64,000 bases of DNA, taken from the NCBI RefSeq assembly GCF_009834535.1, contig NC_045697.1, positions 49,478,001 to 49,542,000 of the forward strand, written 5' to 3'. The notes under the pieces were generated by a model. It worked only from the letters and a program-made list of their open reading frames with translations. It did not search any database and was not told the DNA's origin. Source of the stretch: Camelus ferus (lineage: Eukaryota). The position numbers and the translations under genes were made by a program. Shown here one piece after another: positions 61,863 to 64,000 of the stretch (the stretch's first letter is position 1; each line of letters begins with the position of its first letter).

Positions 61863-64000
61863 TATTTAATGCAAATACCAAGCTATGTGTCACTTCTCCC
61901 ACAAATATTTCTATATGCCTAACTAATACTTTAAAAAACATAACCACCATGCCATTATTATATCTAACAAAATCAACAGTAATTCCTTAACATCATCTAA
62001 TAGCAGTTGGATATCTGCTTTGATGATGTAAATAAAGAAAAAGGAATTAACAAATTTCAAGATAAAAGTAGGATGGATAGTTGAAGAAAGAGGTAAAGGC
62101 ATTTATTATAATGGATAAGACTTATATGGATAAGAAAATAAGTGAAGATCTAATAGCAACACTCAAATATGGAATAGACCTTTATTTTTCCAGAGGGCAA
62201 AATGAGGGGAAGTTTGTATATGTTATATCAAGGTACATTCTGACTCATTATATGGATTAAATTTTTAATAATTAGAACTACCAATGAAAAGGATTCTCTC
62301 ATAAGGTAATGGGCTTTCTAAGAGTCATTGGTCCTATCTGACAAAAAATGGCACAGAAGGATTCCTATAGGTAGAACTAGTCATAAAACTATATTTCAGG
62401 AAAAAATTTAAATGTTTTACAACTAAAAATTTTTTCAAGAAGATGCTTTCCTCAAATTTACTCTGCAAACTTTGAATGGACGATCCTCAAGCAGATCAAT
62501 TCAATTTTCAGTGGCAGAGAATTCCATCATTATTATATTTGTGATGATGAATAATTCCAACTAAGACGTATCTACTTAAATAGGATTGTTTATCGTCATT
62601 TTTGATGTATTTTCATTTTGTGCATAATAGACAACTTGAAATACAAGCAACCCTAAATAAAGCTATCGAGAAAGAGCACCCTAATAGGTTGAAAAGCAAA
62701 GATAACCTGTGGCCGGTGAAGCCATGAATACATCAACCACTCAATCTTTGAGGTGGAGAATATATCAAAGTGAATTAAACTCAGTTTCTTCATTTTGAAG
62801 TTTATGTGCTTCAAGATTAGAATCTAGTCTATTCAGTTTCTAAAAGTAAAGAATACTTAAAGAACTAACTTAATACATAACCAGAATACTGTATTTTTCT
62901 GTTTATATGCAACGCTCTATCCAATTTTTTTTTTTTTTTGGTAAAATAGTACTTTACCTTTTAACAAGCAACACTTTCTTCAAAAATAATTCTTTACATA
63001 GTATCCTAAGTTATAAAACATGAGTAAGCTCCTTAAGTAGTTTAAATTTTCACCCTGGCAGAAAATATGTATGTATTTTGTATATGATCAGATCCCTTTA
63101 TTCTCTCTAATCACATTTTGAAAATTACTTTTCTATAAGAATTTCTTTTATTAAGAAAGTGGTGTTGAGCAAAGATATCCAGCTTACCACTTGGGACACT
63201 ATTTTAAAACATAAAAAACTAACAGCCCTGAAATGTGTAAAACTGACATGTGAAAATAGAAACAGTGAAGTTGGGAGTATAAACAGAAAGATTCTCCCTA
63301 TGTTCTCCTATGAAAAATTTTCCTAACAGTTTTTAGGCATATTCTAATTAGGGTAACTATATGATTTATTATCTAAACTGGGACACTTTTGAAGTGAAAC
63401 AGGACACCATTAGTAATTACTGGCCTGGCAAACTGGGGCATACAGTCACCCTAACTATCAATCAACCCTATGCAGGCAACTCCCAGAGCATGCAGCAATA
63501 TGCAGATTTTAATTACCAGTCTGATTAACCATCCTGCTTTGAGGAACACAACTTCAAAGACGCAGGTACAATTCAGGGACATTCAGAGACCCACAAGAAT
63601 CACTAGAGAGTAAGTTAGGAGGCTAGTATAAACTTAAGGGTTTGGAGAAGGGGAATTCAATAAAGGAATAAATAAAATACTACAAAACCTTCATAATTTT
63701 CTCTGATACAAAAATAATTTGGGAACCTATTGTCTTTACTTTTATTATCTATCACCATCAAACTTTCACCATAAAGCTTAAATAAAACTACACATGATTT
63801 GTCAATTTAACTTGTATTGGACTTAAAAACTCAAGACTATTAATCTTTGGGGGCACGGACATTATCATTCATTTCCAAGCATGTAGTGCCTGGCTCTCAG
63901 TAAATGTTTACTGAATGAATTTATTTGTTGAACTTAATAGTCTGAATATTAAAATTTATGGTATAGGATCCTTAATTGAAGAAGGTAGACTTTAGAAATT

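Noticed and set aside
1..64000. CRISPR arrays, operons or other prokaryotic systems
   Set aside because: The sequence is mammalian, with spliceosomal introns and L1/SINE/LTR repeats; there is no regularly spaced repeat-spacer array

Overview
Mammalian genomic DNA, probably from a camelid: there are three tRNA-derived SINEs of the Vic-1 type. The right half (about 34.7-64 kb) holds the 3' part of USO1 (p115 vesicle tether) on the minus strand. Fifteen constitutive coding exons and the 21-nt GDKIDRR microexon map with in-phase splice sites, one intron is U12-type, and a near-full-length Tigger1 lies in the intron running off the window end. The left half looks intergenic (by human/mouse synteny, the USO1-PPEF2 interval) but holds two notable things. 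(1) An apparently genuine U1 snRNA gene (3591-3754, minus) with PSE, DSE octamer, 3' box and a compensated variant stem-loop II. (2) A candidate five-exon plus-strand gene (about 7.0-22.1 kb), invisible in the ORF track as a whole, with all phase-0 introns. It encodes a ~90-aa protein with a signal-peptide-like N-terminus and an RHRR furin-type site, and is positionally a candidate orthologue of mouse U90926. The rest is LINE, SINE, LTR and DNA-transposon remnants, a tailless 5S retropseudogene and small local duplications. Family names and homologies are from recall, not database searches.
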